In this document: positions 35,607 to 48,047 of the stretch, piece after piece | How positions within the stretch are numbered: the first letter of the stretch is position 1 | How the letters are laid out: each line of letters starts with the position of its first letter | Assembly: GCF_003334355.1 (NCBI RefSeq) | Contig: NZ_QOWP01000015.1 | DNA length: 64,000 nt | Origin: Escherichia coli | Lineage (GTDB): Bacteria > Pseudomonadota > Gammaproteobacteria > Enterobacterales > Enterobacteriaceae | Strand: one strand, 5' to 3' | Translations under genes and position numbers: made by a program | The notes under the pieces: model-generated | Database searches by the model: none | What the model was told of the DNA's origin: nothing | Seen by the model: only the letters and a program-made list of their open reading frames with translations

Positions 35607-36281
35607 TCACCTGTATAACCAGTACGCGGTGCTTTCTACATTCGCACCACTTTGTATGTATCGTTTAAGCGCGGCGGTGTTGCCCATTTGGGTCGCCACC
35701 CGCAAAGTTGTTTTACCGCGAGCATACGCCCAGTTTAGCGCCGTTTGCATCAGCTCAGCACCTGCACCGCGTCCAGCCAGCAGGCCAATTCGCGCATCTG
35801 TCGCATTGAGTTCCCGTAAAGAGACATAGCCGCGAATATCGCCGGACGCCGCACGTAAAATCAGACATTGATGATCAAAGGTGCCGCGCACGGCATTTTC
35901 AATCCACTGTGCATAAAAGCGACTGCTGGCGTCAGGCGCATACCACGGCGCACGAAAACGGCTTTGCGCAAATGCGGCGCTGGCTAACTGACGTAATGCG
36001 GGAATATCGGTCTCTTGTGCCACTACAGCACCGCTATCACTGGCATTGTTCACGGGTAGCGCCAAATCAACTTCACCTTCTACCAGGGAGAATCCCAGCT
36101 GTTGCAGGGCATCCAGTTCACCCGTATTTGATGCCGCAATTTTGGCCTGCACCCGTGACCACGGCGCTAACGCGTCTGGCGTCAGGAGCGGTGCTTCAGA
36201 CGTAATGCGCACGATGGCGCTGTTAACACCAAAGAAGGCGTTTTCCCAGGTTAGTGGCTCAATACTGGCGCGGACGGGCAC
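35607..36281 (-). CDS. wecD: TDP-fucosamine acetyltransferase (GNAT)
   Basis: 224-aa ORF; 5' region overlaps rffH 3' end by 23 nt. Confidence 0.8.
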
Positions 36282-37140
36282 GAAGTAACTCCAGCAGATA
36301 TTGGCCGTAGCCAGTTTTCGCTAATGAACTGGCAGCACGCTTCACACCCTCGTCATCGAGCCAGCCGTTACGCCAGGCAATCTCTTCCAGGCAGGCAATC
36401 TTAAAGCCCTGGCGTTTTTCCACCGTCTGTACAAAGGTGCTGGCTTCAATCAGGCTGTCGTGAGTGCCGGTATCCAGCCAGGCAAATCCGCGCCCGAGCA
36501 GTTCAACGGTCAGGTTGCCCGCCTCGAGGTACATCTGGTTGATGGAGGTAATCTCCAGTTCACCACGCTCCGACGGCTTCACCTGCTTTGCGTACTCCAC
36601 GACTTTACTGTCGTAGAAATAAAGCCCGGTCACCGCCCAGTTTGACTTCGGCTGTTTTGGCTTTTCTTCCAGCGAGATAGCGCGGAAATTGTCGTCAAAC
36701 TCCACCACGCCAAAGCGTTCCGGGTCCATCACCTGATAGCCAAAAACCGTCGCCCCTTCGGTGCGCGCCGCAACATGACGCAGCTTCGGACTGAAGCCCT
36801 GACCGAAGAAGATGTTATCGCCCAGCACCAGACAAGAAGGTTCACCATTAAGGAAGGTTTCACCGATGATAAAGGCCTGCGCCAGACCGTCCGGGCTGGG
36901 CTGTTCGGCATATTCCAGCTGGATACCGAACTCACTACCATCGCCCAGCAGGCGCTGGAAATAACCTTTATCTTCCGGCGTAGTGATGATGAGAATTTCG
37001 CGGATACCGGCCAGCATCAGCACCGACAGCGGATAGTAAATCATTGGCTTATCGTAAATCGGCAACAGTTGCTTCGATACGCCGCGCGTAATCGGATGCA
37101 ATCGGGTGCCGGAACCGCCCGCCAGGATAATACCTTTCAT
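36259..37140 (-). CDS. rffH: glucose-1-phosphate thymidylyltransferase
   Basis: 293 aa; N-terminal [11 protein letters not shown] nucleotidyltransferase motif. Confidence 0.9.
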
Positions 37141-37158
37141 GTTTGCCTCCGCTGAAAA

Positions 37159-38226
37159 TTAGCCTTTCAGACCTAAACGCTCGCCCTGATAGCTGCCGTC
37201 CTGCACCTGCTTCCACCAGCTTTCATTAGCCAGATACCACTGCACCGTTTTACGCATTCCACTTTCAAAGGTTTCCTGCGGCAGCCAGCCAAGTTCACGG
37301 GCAATTTTCGAAGCATCAATGGCATAACGCAGATCATGCCCCGGACGGTCAGCGACAAAGGTGATCAAGTCACTATAGTGCACCACGCCGTGCGGCTTGT
37401 TCGGAGCCAGTTCTTCCAGCAGCTCGCAAATGGTTTCCACAACATCGAGATTCTTACGCTCGTTGTGACCACCAATATTATAGGTTTCACCGACTTTCCC
37501 GGTGGTCGCCACGCAATACAGCGCGCGAGCGTGATCTTCCACATACAGCCAGTCACGGATTTGCTGCCCGTTGCCATATACCGGCAGCGATTTACCCGCC
37601 AGCGCGTTGAGGATCATCAGCGGGATCAGTTTTTCCGGAAAGTGGTAAGGACCGTAGTTATTCGAGCAGTTGGTGATAAGCGTCGGCAGACCGTAGGTCC
37701 GCAGCCAGGCGCGCACCAGATGGTCGCTGCTGGCTTTTGACGCGGAATAAGGGCTGCTCGGCGCATACGGCGTGGTTTCGGTGAAGAAATCATCCGTCGA
37801 GTGCAGGTCACCATATACTTCGTCGGTGGAGATATGATGAAAACGGAACGCTGATTTTTTATCTTCCGTCAGCGTATTCCAGTAAGCCCGCGCCGCTTCA
37901 AGCAATGTATAAGTCCCGACAATGTTGGTTTCAATAAACGCTGCCGGGCCGTCAATAGAACGGTCAACATGGCTTTCGGCTGCCAGATGCATGACACAGT
38001 CTGGCTGATGCTCAGTGAATACGCGTGCCAGTTCTGCCCGATCGCAGATATCAACTTTCTCAAAGGCAAAGTGCTCGCTTTGCGCGACCGGTGCCAGCGA
38101 CATCAGGTTTCCGGCGTAGGTCAGCTTATCGACCACTACCACCGCATCGCTCGTTTCGTTGATGATATAACGCACCAGCGCCGAGCCAATAAACCCGGCA
38201 CCACCTGTTATCAGAATTTTTCTCAT
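37159..38226 (-). CDS. rffG: dTDP-glucose 4,6-dehydratase
   Basis: 355 aa; Rossmann GGAGFIGS and SDR YxxxK (YSASKAS). Confidence 0.9.
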   Translation of the reverse strand: MRKILITGGAGFIGSALVRYIINETSDAVVVVDKLTYAGNLMSLAPVAQSEHFAFEKVDICDRAELARVFTEHQPDCVMHLAAESHVDRSIDGPAAFIETNIVGTYTLLEAARAYWNTLTEDKKSAFRFHHISTDEVYGDLHSTDDFFTETTPYAPSSPYSASKASSDHLVRAWLRTYGLPTLITNCSNNYGPYHFPEKLIPLMILNALAGKSLPVYGNGQQIRDWLYVEDHARALYCVATTGKVGETYNIGGHNERKNLDVVETICELLEELAPNKPHGVVHYSDLITFVADRPGHDLRYAIDASKIARELGWLPQETFESGMRKTVQWYLANESWWKQVQDGSYQGERLGLKG

Positions 38227-39488
38227 CAGCGCCAGACTCCTTTGGCATCGACGACATACTGCTGATGGACATTGTCGCCATTGATAACTTTGAACTGACT
38301 ATGATCGACCAGCATCACCAGCACGTCTGCCGTTGCCAGCGCCTCGTCAAGCTGCGCCAGAGTACAAAGCCCGGTCAGTTTTTTCGGCAACTGGTGGATG
38401 TTAGGCTCAACAACCAGCGTTTCGCCGCTGTGCCACTGGGCGATCAGTTCAGCGATTTCCATCGCCGGGCTTTCGCGCAGGTCATCAATATTCGGTTTAA
38501 ACGCCAGACCAAAGCAGGCGATTTTCAGTTCACTGGCGCGTTTATCGGTAGCAGCAAGGCAGTCGGCAACCGCCGCTTTCACCTGATCGATAACCCAGAA
38601 CGGTTTGTGATCGTTAACTTCGCGCGCGGTACGGATAAGCCGCGCCTGCTGGGGGTTCTGTGCCACGATAAACCACGGATCAACAGCAATGCAGTGACCG
38701 CCCACGCCAGGGCCAGGCTGAAGAATATTAACGCGAGGGTGACGATTCGCCAGGCGAATCAGTTCCCAGACGTTAATCCCCTGATCGGCACAAATCAGCG
38801 ACAATTCATTAGCAAAAGCGATATTCACATCGCGGAAGCTGTTTTCGGTGAGCTTACACATTTCCGCCGTCCGCGAGTTAGTGACGACACACTCACCTTC
38901 GAGGAAAATTTTGTACAGTTCGCTGGCGCGGGCCGAACAAACCGGCGTCATACCACCAATCACGCGATCGTTTTTAATCAGCTCGACCATTACCTGTCCT
39001 GGTAACACGCGTTCCGGGCAGTAAGCAATGTTGACGTCCGCCTGCTCGCCCACCTGCTGCGGGAAAGTGAGATCCGGACGCATCTCTGCTAACCATTCTG
39101 CCATCTTCTCGGTTGACCCCACCGGCGAGGTGGATTCAAGGATCACCAGCGCGCCTTTTTTCAGCACTGGCGCAATGGAGCGAGCAGCCGATTCAACGTA
39201 GGTCATATCTGGCTCATGATCGCCCTTAAACGGCGTGGGTACAGCAATCAGCCAGGCATCCGCTTCAACTGGCGTCGTGCTCGCTCGTAAAAAACCGCCT
39301 TCTACGGCAGTTTTTACTACACTCGCCAAATCAGGTTCGACGATATGGATTTCGCCACGATTGATGGTATCAACCGCATGTTGGTTGATATCGACACCAA
39401 TTACCTGTTTTTGCCGTGAGGCAAACGCTGCTGCCGTTGGCAGCCCGATATAACCCAGTCCGATAACAGAAATGGTCGCAAAACTCAT
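38226..39488 (-). CDS. wecC: UDP-N-acetyl-D-mannosamine dehydrogenase
   Basis: 420 aa; N-terminal [11 protein letters not shown]-binding fold. Confidence 0.9.
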   Translation of the reverse strand: MSFATISVIGLGYIGLPTAAAFASRQKQVIGVDINQHAVDTINRGEIHIVEPDLASVVKTAVEGGFLRASTTPVEADAWLIAVPTPFKGDHEPDMTYVESAARSIAPVLKKGALVILESTSPVGSTEKMAEWLAEMRPDLTFPQQVGEQADVNIAYCPERVLPGQVMVELIKNDRVIGGMTPVCSARASELYKIFLEGECVVTNSRTAEMCKLTENSFRDVNIAFANELSLICADQGINVWELIRLANRHPRVNILQPGPGVGGHCIAVDPWFIVAQNPQQARLIRTAREVNDHKPFWVIDQVKAAVADCLAATDKRASELKIACFGLAFKPNIDDLRESPAMEIAELIAQWHSGETLVVEPNIHQLPKKLTGLCTLAQLDEALATADVLVMLVDHSQFKVINGDNVHQQYVVDAKGVWR

Positions 39489-40615
39489 AGTGATATCCGA
39501 TTATTTTTTAACGCTTCCAGAATGCGAGAGCATGCCTGACCATCACCATACGGGTTATGGGCGCGGCTCATAGCTTGATATTCGTTTTCGTCTTTTAAAA
39601 GACGCGTCACTTCCTCGACAATTCGCTGCTTATCCGTGCCTACCAGACGCACCGTACCCGCCGTCACCGCTTCCGGACGCTCAGTGGTATCGCGCATCAC
39701 CAGCACAGGTTTCCCCAGCGAAGGCGCTTCTTCCTGAATGCCGCCTGAGTCGGTCAAAATCAGCCAGGCGTGGTTCATCAGCCAGACAAACGGTAAATAC
39801 TCCTGGGGATCGATCAGAATGACATTTTTCACATGCCCCAGAATGCGATTGACCGGCTCTCTGACGTTCGGGTTGAGATGCACCGGATAGACAATCTGGA
39901 TGTCCTGGTGCGTGGTGGCGATGTCTGCCAGCGCGTGGCAGATTTCTTCAAAGCCACGACCGAAACTCTCACGCCTGTGACCGGTCACCAGAATCATCTT
40001 TTTATCGGGGTCGATAAACGGGTAATTTGCCGCCAGTTCTGAACGCAGCGTGTCGCTGCTCATCACCTGGTCACGCACCCATAACAGTGCATCAATGACT
40101 GTATTACCGGTAATGAAGATTCGGCTATCCGCAACGTTTTCACGCAGCAAGTTTTGCCGGGAAGTTTCGGTTGGAGAGAAGTGATACATCGCCAGATGCC
40201 CGGTCAATGTACGGTTAGCCTCTTCCGGCCACGGCGAATAGAGATCGCCCGTGCGCAGACCAGCCTCAACGTGACCAACAGGAATACGCTGATAAAACGC
40301 CGCCAGGCTGGTTGCCAGCGTCGTCGTCGTATCGCCGTGAACCAGCACGACGTCTGGTTTGAACTCGGCAAGAATAGGTTTTAGCCCTTCCAGAATCCGA
40401 CAGGTTATCTCTGTCAGGCCCTGTCCTGGCTGCATTATGTTGAGATCGTAGTCAGGTACAATGGAAAAGAGTTTCAGCACCTGATCGAGCATTTCCCGAT
40501 GCTGCGCAGTGACGCAAACTTTAGCCTCAAAAAAAGGATCTTTTGCCAACGCATGCACCAACGGCGCCATCTTGATGGCTTCCGGGCGCGTACCAAATAC
40601 AGTCAGTACTTTCAC
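39485..40615 (-). CDS. wecB: UDP-N-acetylglucosamine 2-epimerase
   Basis: 376 aa from [19 protein letters not shown]. Confidence 0.9.
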   Translation of the reverse strand: MKVLTVFGTRPEAIKMAPLVHALAKDPFFEAKVCVTAQHREMLDQVLKLFSIVPDYDLNIMQPGQGLTEITCRILEGLKPILAEFKPDVVLVHGDTTTTLATSLAAFYQRIPVGHVEAGLRTGDLYSPWPEEANRTLTGHLAMYHFSPTETSRQNLLRENVADSRIFITGNTVIDALLWVRDQVMSSDTLRSELAANYPFIDPDKKMILVTGHRRESFGRGFEEICHALADIATTHQDIQIVYPVHLNPNVREPVNRILGHVKNVILIDPQEYLPFVWLMNHAWLILTDSGGIQEEAPSLGKPVLVMRDTTERPEAVTAGTVRLVGTDKQRIVEEVTRLLKDENEYQAMSRAHNPYGDGQACSRILEALKNNRISL

Positions 40616-40670
40616 ATCGATTCTCTTCGAATAAGCGGCGAGCGCCTTTGCGCTCACCGCAGCAGTGTTG

Positions 40671-41717
40671 CTATTTCGAGCAACGGCGGGTTAATGCGAC
40701 ACCAGCCCCGATCAGCCCCCCGACAATGCCCCACATAATCATCAGGAAGGCACGACGTGGGCTATCGCGTTTTACCGGTTCTTCCGGCGTACGCAAATAG
40801 CGATAGGTCTGAAAACGCGGATCCAGGGTTGGACCAACATTCAGGGTGTTTAACATGGCCCGATTCTGATCATAGTCGAGATCAAAGGCCGGACCGACGG
40901 CCTGTAAATTTTCCAGTCGAGCCTGAAGCATTGGACGCCCAAGCAGGAACATTTCTGAATCAGGTAATTCCTCGGCAGGTACATCTGTCGCACTGCGCGA
41001 AATATTATGCTGCTCAGCAATTTTCAGCGCCTGCTCAATGCTGTTCATCCGGCGGTCGTAGATGGCTTTCGCCACCTCTTCCTGACGCTTCACCTGAGCT
41101 TTCATCTGGATGGTACGCGCCGCCCATGCGCCTTTCAGCTCATCATTCAGATGGCTGGCTGCACGCTGGCTGGCAAAAGCAACATACTGACGTAACAGGT
41201 TATTAGCGTCAGGCGCGGTTTCGGCAATAAGCTTCACGCTGTCATTGACCGCGCGGGTAAAGTCTCCGGGGATAAACTGGATGTTGTTAATCATTTCATC
41301 CAGCAACGCCGCATCGGCTTTGCTGTTGCCCACCATCCGCTGTTTGTAATAGTCGGTTTGCAGCCAGAACTCTCTGCGGGTATCCCACGAGGCCAGTTGC
41401 ATAACAAACTCTTTATAGGCTTCGTCCATGACCGATGGTTGGTCGGCAGAAGCCATGTTTGAACGGACATCCAGGTTACGCAAAAATTGCTGCTGCGAGT
41501 AATATCCCCCCAGCATATTCACCGTTGGACGATCGGTAATCGCCGTCGAGCTCCACTCCTGACGAGCAAAAAACGTATACGCCAGCGCGATTAACGCAAA
41601 CGCCAGCCCCATGCCAATAATCCATAGCTTCCCAGCCCACAAGGTACGAAACAACCCACGAATATCCAGTTCATTTTCAGCGTCTTCGGCCGGTTTCCCA
41701 GGCATTGGTTGTGTCAT
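40671..41717 (-). CDS. wzzE: ECA polysaccharide chain-length modulator
   Basis: 348 aa; two TM helices flanking a periplasmic coiled-coil domain. Confidence 0.85.
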   Translation of the reverse strand: MTQPMPGKPAEDAENELDIRGLFRTLWAGKLWIIGMGLAFALIALAYTFFARQEWSSTAITDRPTVNMLGGYYSQQQFLRNLDVRSNMASADQPSVMDEAYKEFVMQLASWDTRREFWLQTDYYKQRMVGNSKADAALLDEMINNIQFIPGDFTRAVNDSVKLIAETAPDANNLLRQYVAFASQRAASHLNDELKGAWAARTIQMKAQVKRQEEVAKAIYDRRMNSIEQALKIAEQHNISRSATDVPAEELPDSEMFLLGRPMLQARLENLQAVGPAFDLDYDQNRAMLNTLNVGPTLDPRFQTYRYLRTPEEPVKRDSPRRAFLMIMWGIVGGLIGAGVALTRRCSK

Positions 41718-41728
41718 CACATCCTCAT

Positions 41729-42832
41729 TTATTTGGTTAAATTGGGGCTGCCACCACGATTTCTACGCAGTCTGCGTTTTACGCGCTTAATAAAGCGAGC
41801 AACTTTCCAGGCACGCTTAATGCAATATCCATAGAGGAAGAATGCTAGCAAAAAGAGCACCAGCATGACCCACTCCGAGACAAAATGAGAATATTCTGCC
41901 AGCACGCCAATGGAAGCGAGCAGTGCTGCGGCAAGGGTAATCAGCACAAACGCCTGACGGGAAGTAAACCCGGCACGCATGATCAAATGGTGAATATGCT
42001 GACGGTCAGGAGAGAATGGGCTCATGCCTTTACGCAGGCGACGGTACATAATCGCCACCATATCCATTAGCGGAATGGCGATTATCCACAAAGCGGTAAC
42101 CGGGCTGATGGGATGGGTTTTGCCCTGGGTCGTTTCGAGCAGGATCCAGATAACGGTAAAACCAATCAGCGTACTGCCCGCATCACCCATAAAGACTTTG
42201 TAGCGGCGACCCAGGATACCAAGGTTAAGCATGATGTATGGCAGGATGGCGGCGATCATCGCAAAGCACCAGATTGCGAGGCTGGTTTGCCCGTCGAACC
42301 ACAAAATCATACCGATTGCTGCAAACGAGACGCAGGACAACCCGCCCAGCAAGCCATCAATGCCATCAACCATGTTGAACGCATTAATGGCCGCCCAGAC
42401 GGCAAATAGCGTCAGGAAGTAACCAAACGGTCCGAGCACCATCTCCCAGGAGCCAAAGATATAACCCAGGCTACTGAGATAAAGCTTGCCGAACACCATC
42501 ATAACAATGCCAACAGCGGCCTGTATGGTGGCACGGATTTTTACGCTGATATCAAAACGGTCATCCAGCGCGCCAATGAAAACAAGCACACCGGCACAAG
42601 CGAGATAGAGAGATGCATGCGGAATATAGTAATCGACAATTCCGAACGTGAAGCAAATCCCTGCGTAAACCGAAATCCCCCCAACGAGAGGTATCAATCC
42701 CTGGTGACGTTTGCGGAAGTTTGGTTTATCCACTAAACCGACTTTTTTTGCCACCTTACGGGCAAAAAACAGAAACAGTGTCGTGAATAAAAAAATACTG
42801 ATGAGATCAGTACTCACTGTCAGTAAATTCAC
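41729..42832 (-). CDS. wecA: UDP-GlcNAc:undecaprenyl-phosphate GlcNAc-1-phosphate transferase
   Basis: 367-aa polytopic membrane ORF, first gene of ECA cluster downstream of rho. Confidence 0.9.
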   Translation of the reverse strand: MNLLTVSTDLISIFLFTTLFLFFARKVAKKVGLVDKPNFRKRHQGLIPLVGGISVYAGICFTFGIVDYYIPHASLYLACAGVLVFIGALDDRFDISVKIRATIQAAVGIVMMVFGKLYLSSLGYIFGSWEMVLGPFGYFLTLFAVWAAINAFNMVDGIDGLLGGLSCVSFAAIGMILWFDGQTSLAIWCFAMIAAILPYIMLNLGILGRRYKVFMGDAGSTLIGFTVIWILLETTQGKTHPISPVTALWIIAIPLMDMVAIMYRRLRKGMSPFSPDRQHIHHLIMRAGFTSRQAFVLITLAAALLASIGVLAEYSHFVSEWVMLVLFLLAFFLYGYCIKRAWKVARFIKRVKRRLRRNRGGSPNLTK

Positions 42833-43020
42833 AATGCATGCTCTCAGAGAAAATTATTAGCAGAAGTATAACCACGAAGACCTTTATTCAGAAGGGAAAG
42901 TCCGTTCCGAACCCACCAGTCCTGTGCAAAAATTAACCATTTGATATGCAAATTGCATAACACGCCAGCAAATTCCAGGAATTTTCCTAACATCGCCAGC
43001 GCGGCATTAAGATTACAGAT

Positions 43021-43054
43021 ATAAAAGCAAAACGCCACGTAAACACGTGGCGTT
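43021..43054 (-). terminator. rho-independent terminator downstream of rho
   Basis: Stem aacgccacgt/acgtggcgtt with aaac loop; minus strand continues ttttgctttt. Confidence 0.6.
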
Positions 43055-43071
43055 TTTGGCATAAGACAAAT

Positions 43072-44331
43072 TTATGAGCGTTTCATCATTTCGAAGAAAT
43101 CGTCATTGGTCTTGGTCATGGCCAGTTTATTAATGAGGAATTCCATTGCATCGATTTCGCCCATCGGGTGAATGATTTTGCGCAGGATCCACATTTTCTG
43201 CAGTTCTTCCTGAGTCGTGAGCAGCTCTTCTTTACGGGTACCGGAACGGTTGTAGTCGATAGCCGGGAAGACGCGTTTTTCAGCGATCTTACGAGAGAGG
43301 TGCAGTTCCATGTTGCCTGTACCTTTAAACTCTTCGTAAATAACTTCGTCCATTTTAGAACCGGTATCGATAAGCGCCGTCGCGATAATGGTCAGGCTGC
43401 CGCCCTCTTCCACGTTACGCGCCGCACCGAAGAAGCGTTTCGGACGATGAAGGGCATTGGCGTCCACACCACCGGTCAACACTTTACCTGACGCCGGAAC
43501 AACAGTGTTGTAAGCGCGCGCCAGACGAGTGATGGAGTCGAGCAGAATGATAACGTCTTTCTTGTGCTCAACCAGGCGTTTGGCCTTCTCGATCACCATT
43601 TCCGCAACCTGAACGTGGCGAGATGCGGGTTCGTCAAAGGTAGAAGCAACAACTTCACCTTTTACCAGACGCTGCATCTCGGTTACTTCTTCCGGACGTT
43701 CGTCGATCAGCAGAACCATCAGCACACAATCCGGGTGGTTGTAAGCAATGCTCTGAGCAATGTTCTGCAGCAGCATAGTTTTACCGGCTTTCGGCGGTGC
43801 CACAATCAGACCACGCTGACCACGACCGATAGGTGATGCCAGATCCAGTACGCGAGCGGTTAAATCTTCCGTAGAACCGTTACCACGTTCCATACGCAGA
43901 CGAGAGTTTGCGTGCAGCGGGGTTAAGTTCTCAAAGAGGATTTTGTTGCGGGCGTTTTCAGGTTTGTCGAAGTTAACTTCGTTAACTTTCAGCAGCGCAA
44001 AATAGCGTTCACCTTCTTTCGGCGGGCGAATCTTACCAGAGATGGTATCACCAGTGCGGAGGTTGAAACGGCGGATTTGGCTAGGGGAAACGTAGATGTC
44101 ATCAGGACCGGCGAGGTAGGAGCTGTCTGCGGAACGGAGGAAACCAAATCCATCCTGCAATATCTCCAGTACGCCATCACCAAAGATATCTTCGCCACTC
44201 TTTGCGTGCTGCTTCAGGATGGCAAAAATAATGTCCTGCTTACGCATACGAGCCAGGTTTTCCAGCCCCATATTTTCGCCGAGAGTGATCAGCTCAGAAA
44301 CCGGCGTATTCTTTAATTCGGTAAGATTCAT
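43072..44331 (-). CDS. rho: transcription termination factor Rho
   Basis: 419 aa from [25 protein letters not shown]; Walker A PPKAGKT. Confidence 0.95.
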
Positions 44332-44415
44332 AGTGGTGTGAGTTCTTAAACTTGGGGTAAATCTCGAACTTAATGTTGTGAATGGTATGGCAGGATCATC
44401 CATGCCTGTTTACGG

Positions 44416-44517
44416 TCATCGACTCATGTCTTTTCGCTGCCTGGTCACAGGAGAGTACGCAGAACTGAAACGACAAGACGGATTGAGTGACGAGCCAGAA
44501 ATCTGTTCACTTCGCAT
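44416..44517 (-). CDS. rhoL: rho operon leader peptide
   Basis: Minus-strand 33-codon ORF MRSEQISGSSLNPSCRFSSAYSPVTRQRKDMSR in the rho leader. Confidence 0.8.
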   Translation of the reverse strand: MRSEQISGSSLNPSCRFSSAYSPVTRQRKDMSR

Positions 44518-44657
44518 TTAAGATAAAACGGGAAGCGTTGGAAATTACAAGATTCAAACTTAATAAGGTATGTTTAATACGAAGTCAACACTAAGTTAGC
44601 ATGACTCACGCCGGGCGTCCAGTTTTTAGCGACGGGGCACCCGAACATGAAATTCCC

Positions 44658-44987
44658 TTACGCCAGGTTAGCGTCGAGGAACTCTTTCAACTGACCTTTA
44701 GACAGTGCACCCACTTTGGTTGCCGCCACTTCACCGTTTTTGAACAGCAGCAGAGTCGGGATACCACGGATGCCATATTTCGGCGCAGTGCCAGGGTTTT
44801 GATCGATGTTCAGTTTTGCAACGGTCAGTTTGCCCTGATATTCGTCAGCGATTTCATCCAGAATCGGGGCGATCATTTTGCACGGACCGCACCACTCTGC
44901 CCAGAAATCGACGAGGATCGCCCCGTCCGCTTTGAGTACATCCGTGTCAAAACTGTCGTCAGTCAGGTGAATAATTTTATCGCTCAT
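44658..44987 (-). CDS. trxA: thioredoxin 1
   Basis: 109 aa from [41 protein letters not shown] (WCGPC active site). Confidence 0.95.
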
Positions 44988-45117
44988 ATATAACTCCACA
45001 GGAATAAGCCTGGCGTGTTGGTTTCGTTGTTGGTGTAACATTAACCAACTAAAGGTTGACTTTATTTCACCGGATACGCTTTCGTAAAGCAATAGTAAGC
45101 TGATATTCTACCACACT

Positions 45118-46383
45118 ATGAGCAAAACACATTTAACAGAACAGAAGTTTTCCGACTTCGCCCTGCATCCGAAGGTTGTAGAAGCCCTTGAAAAAAAAGG
45201 GTTTCATAACTGTACGCCCATTCAGGCACTGGCCCTTCCGCTGACGCTGGCGGGTCGTGACGTAGCCGGGCAGGCGCAAACCGGTACCGGGAAAACGATG
45301 GCGTTTCTTACGTCAACGTTTCATTATCTTCTCTCTCATCCTGCGATTGCCGATCGCAAGGTGAATCAACCGCGTGCCTTAATTATGGCACCGACGCGTG
45401 AACTTGCCGTGCAGATCCATGCCGACGCAGAACCGCTGGCGGAAGCTACTGGCCTGAAGCTGGGCCTGGCTTACGGTGGTGATGGCTACGACAAACAGCT
45501 GAAAGTGCTGGAAAGCGGCGTTGACATTCTGATTGGCACCACGGGTCGTTTAATTGACTATGCCAAGCAGAACCATATTAACCTCGGTGCCATTCAGGTA
45601 GTGGTACTGGACGAAGCCGATCGCATGTACGATCTGGGCTTTATTAAAGATATCCGCTGGCTGTTCCGCCGTATGCCGCCTGCAAACCAGCGCCTCAACA
45701 TGCTGTTCTCCGCCACGCTTTCGTACCGGGTACGTGAACTGGCGTTCGAGCAGATGAACAATGCCGAATATATTGAAGTGGAACCGGAACAGAAAACGGG
45801 CCACCGTATTAAAGAAGAGCTTTTCTACCCTTCTAACGAAGAAAAAATGCGTTTGCTGCAAACGCTGATCGAAGAAGAGTGGCCAGACAGAGCGATTATT
45901 TTCGCCAATACCAAACACCGTTGTGAAGAGATCTGGGGCCACCTGGCGGCAGATGGTCATCGTGTCGGTTTGTTGACAGGCGATGTCGCGCAGAAAAAAC
46001 GTCTGCGTATTCTTGATGAATTTACCCGTGGCGATCTGGATATTCTGGTTGCCACCGACGTTGCCGCGCGTGGTTTGCATATTCCGGCAGTGACGCACGT
46101 CTTTAACTACGATTTACCCGATGACTGTGAAGATTACGTTCACCGTATTGGTCGTACAGGTCGCGCAGGCGCAAGCGGTCACTCTATCAGCCTGGCGTGT
46201 GAAGAGTATGCATTGAATTTGCCTGCTATTGAGACCTATATTGGTCACTCAATTCCGGTAAGCAAATACAATCCGGACGCATTGATGGCCGATCTGCCAA
46301 AACCGCTGCGCCTCACGCGCCCACGTACAGGCAATGGTCCGCGTCGTACTGGCGCTCCGCGTAATCGTCGTCGTTCAGGTTAA
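45118..46383 (+). CDS. rhlB: ATP-dependent RNA helicase RhlB (DEAD-box)
   Basis: 421 aa; Walker A AQTGTGKT and DEAD box (VLDEADRM). Confidence 0.95.
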   Translation: MSKTHLTEQKFSDFALHPKVVEALEKKGFHNCTPIQALALPLTLAGRDVAGQAQTGTGKTMAFLTSTFHYLLSHPAIADRKVNQPRALIMAPTRELAVQIHADAEPLAEATGLKLGLAYGGDGYDKQLKVLESGVDILIGTTGRLIDYAKQNHINLGAIQVVVLDEADRMYDLGFIKDIRWLFRRMPPANQRLNMLFSATLSYRVRELAFEQMNNAEYIEVEPEQKTGHRIKEELFYPSNEEKMRLLQTLIEEEWPDRAIIFANTKHRCEEIWGHLAADGHRVGLLTGDVAQKKRLRILDEFTRGDLDILVATDVAARGLHIPAVTHVFNYDLPDDCEDYVHRIGRTGRAGASGHSISLACEEYALNLPAIETYIGHSIPVSKYNPDALMADLPKPLRLTRPRTGNGPRRTGAPRNRRRSG

Positions 46384-46516
46384 ATAAAATGTCATACTCA
46401 AAATCATTCAAACTGTATCAAGATGGCAAGAGAATGAATCCCGATGAGCATACTGTAGTAAGTGATTCAGGTGAAAGAATGCAGCCAACACAGAGACAGA
46501 TTGAAGGATGAAGAGT

Positions 46517-48001
46517 ATGGGTTCCACCTCGTCGCTGTATGCAGCCATTGATCTCGGTTCGAATAGTTTTCATATGCTGGTTGTGCGCGAGGTGGCTGGA
46601 AGCATCCAGACGCTGACGCGAATAAAACGCAAAGTGCGTCTGGCTGCTGGCCTGAATAGCGAAAATGCCCTGTCTAATGAAGCAATGGAGCGCGGTTGGC
46701 AATGTCTGCGCCTGTTTGCTGAACGTCTGCAAGATATCCCTCCCTCGCAAATTCGCGTTGTCGCTACGGCGACATTACGTCTTGCCGTCAATGCGGGTGA
46801 TTTTATTGCCAAAGCGCAGGAAATCCTCGGTTGTCCGGTACAGGTGATCAGCGGTGAAGAGGAAGCACGTCTGATTTATCAGGGCGTTGCTCACACAACT
46901 GGCGGTGCCGATCAGCGCCTGGTGGTGGATATAGGCGGTGCCAGTACTGAACTGGTAACCGGCACGGGTGCACAAACCACCTCGTTGTTCAGCCTGTCGA
47001 TGGGCTGCGTTACCTGGCTGGAACGCTATTTTGCCGATCGTAATCTGGGGCAGGAAAATTTTGATGCTGCAGAAAAAGCGGCACGCGAAGTGTTACGTCC
47101 GGTTGCCGATGAATTACGGTATCACGGCTGGAAAGTGTGCGTTGGTGCTTCCGGCACCGTGCAGGCGTTACAGGAAATCATGATGGCACAGGGGATGGAT
47201 GAACGCATTACCCTGGAAAAGTTGCAGCAATTGAAACAGCGAGCCATTCATTGCGGTCGGCTGGAGGAACTGGAGATTGACGGGCTGACGCTGGAACGTG
47301 CGTTAGTGTTCCCGAGTGGTCTGGCGATCCTGATTGCCATTTTTACCGAACTGAATATTCAGTGTATGACCCTGGCGGGCGGTGCGCTGCGTGAAGGTCT
47401 GGTCTACGGTATGTTGCATCTTACCGTCGAGCAGGATATTCGCAGCCGTACGCTGCGTAATATTCAGCGCCGCTTTATGATCGATATTGATCAGGCGCAG
47501 CGCGTAGCCAAAGTTGCGGCTAACTTCTTCGATCAGGTGGAAAAGGAATGGCATCTTGAAGCAATAAGCCGCGATTTGCTCATCAGCGCCTGTCAGCTTC
47601 ATGAAATCGGCCTGAGCGTTGACTTCAAACAAGCGCCGCAACACGCTGCTTATCTGGTGCGTAATCTGGATCTTCCCGGTTTTACCCCCGCACAGAAAAA
47701 ATTGCTGGCGACGCTACTGCTCAACCAGACTAATCCGGTCGATCTCTCATCGCTGCATCAGCAAAATGCCGTACCGCCGCGCGTCGCAGAACAACTCTGC
47801 CGTTTACTCCGCCTGGCCATCATTTTTGCCAGCCGTCGCCGTGACGATCTCGTGCCAGAGATGACATTACAGGCTAACCATGAACTGTTGACCTTGACGC
47901 TTCCGCAAGGTTGGCTAACCCAACATCCGCTGGGTAAAGAGATTATTGCTCAGGAAAGCCAGTGGCAGAGCTATGTCCACTGGTCGCTAGAAGTGCATTA
48001 A
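46517..48001 (+). CDS. gppA: guanosine pentaphosphate phosphohydrolase / exopolyphosphatase family
   Basis: 494 aa from [20 protein letters not shown] (Ppx/GppA ASKHA fold). Confidence 0.9.
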   Translation: MGSTSSLYAAIDLGSNSFHMLVVREVAGSIQTLTRIKRKVRLAAGLNSENALSNEAMERGWQCLRLFAERLQDIPPSQIRVVATATLRLAVNAGDFIAKAQEILGCPVQVISGEEEARLIYQGVAHTTGGADQRLVVDIGGASTELVTGTGAQTTSLFSLSMGCVTWLERYFADRNLGQENFDAAEKAAREVLRPVADELRYHGWKVCVGASGTVQALQEIMMAQGMDERITLEKLQQLKQRAIHCGRLEELEIDGLTLERALVFPSGLAILIAIFTELNIQCMTLAGGALREGLVYGMLHLTVEQDIRSRTLRNIQRRFMIDIDQAQRVAKVAANFFDQVEKEWHLEAISRDLLISACQLHEIGLSVDFKQAPQHAAYLVRNLDLPGFTPAQKKLLATLLLNQTNPVDLSSLHQQNAVPPRVAEQLCRLLRLAIIFASRRRDDLVPEMTLQANHELLTLTLPQGWLTQHPLGKEIIAQESQWQSYVHWSLEVH

Positions 48002-48047
48002 TGAGTAAGTGCCGGATGCGATGCTGACGCATCTTCTCCGGCCTTGA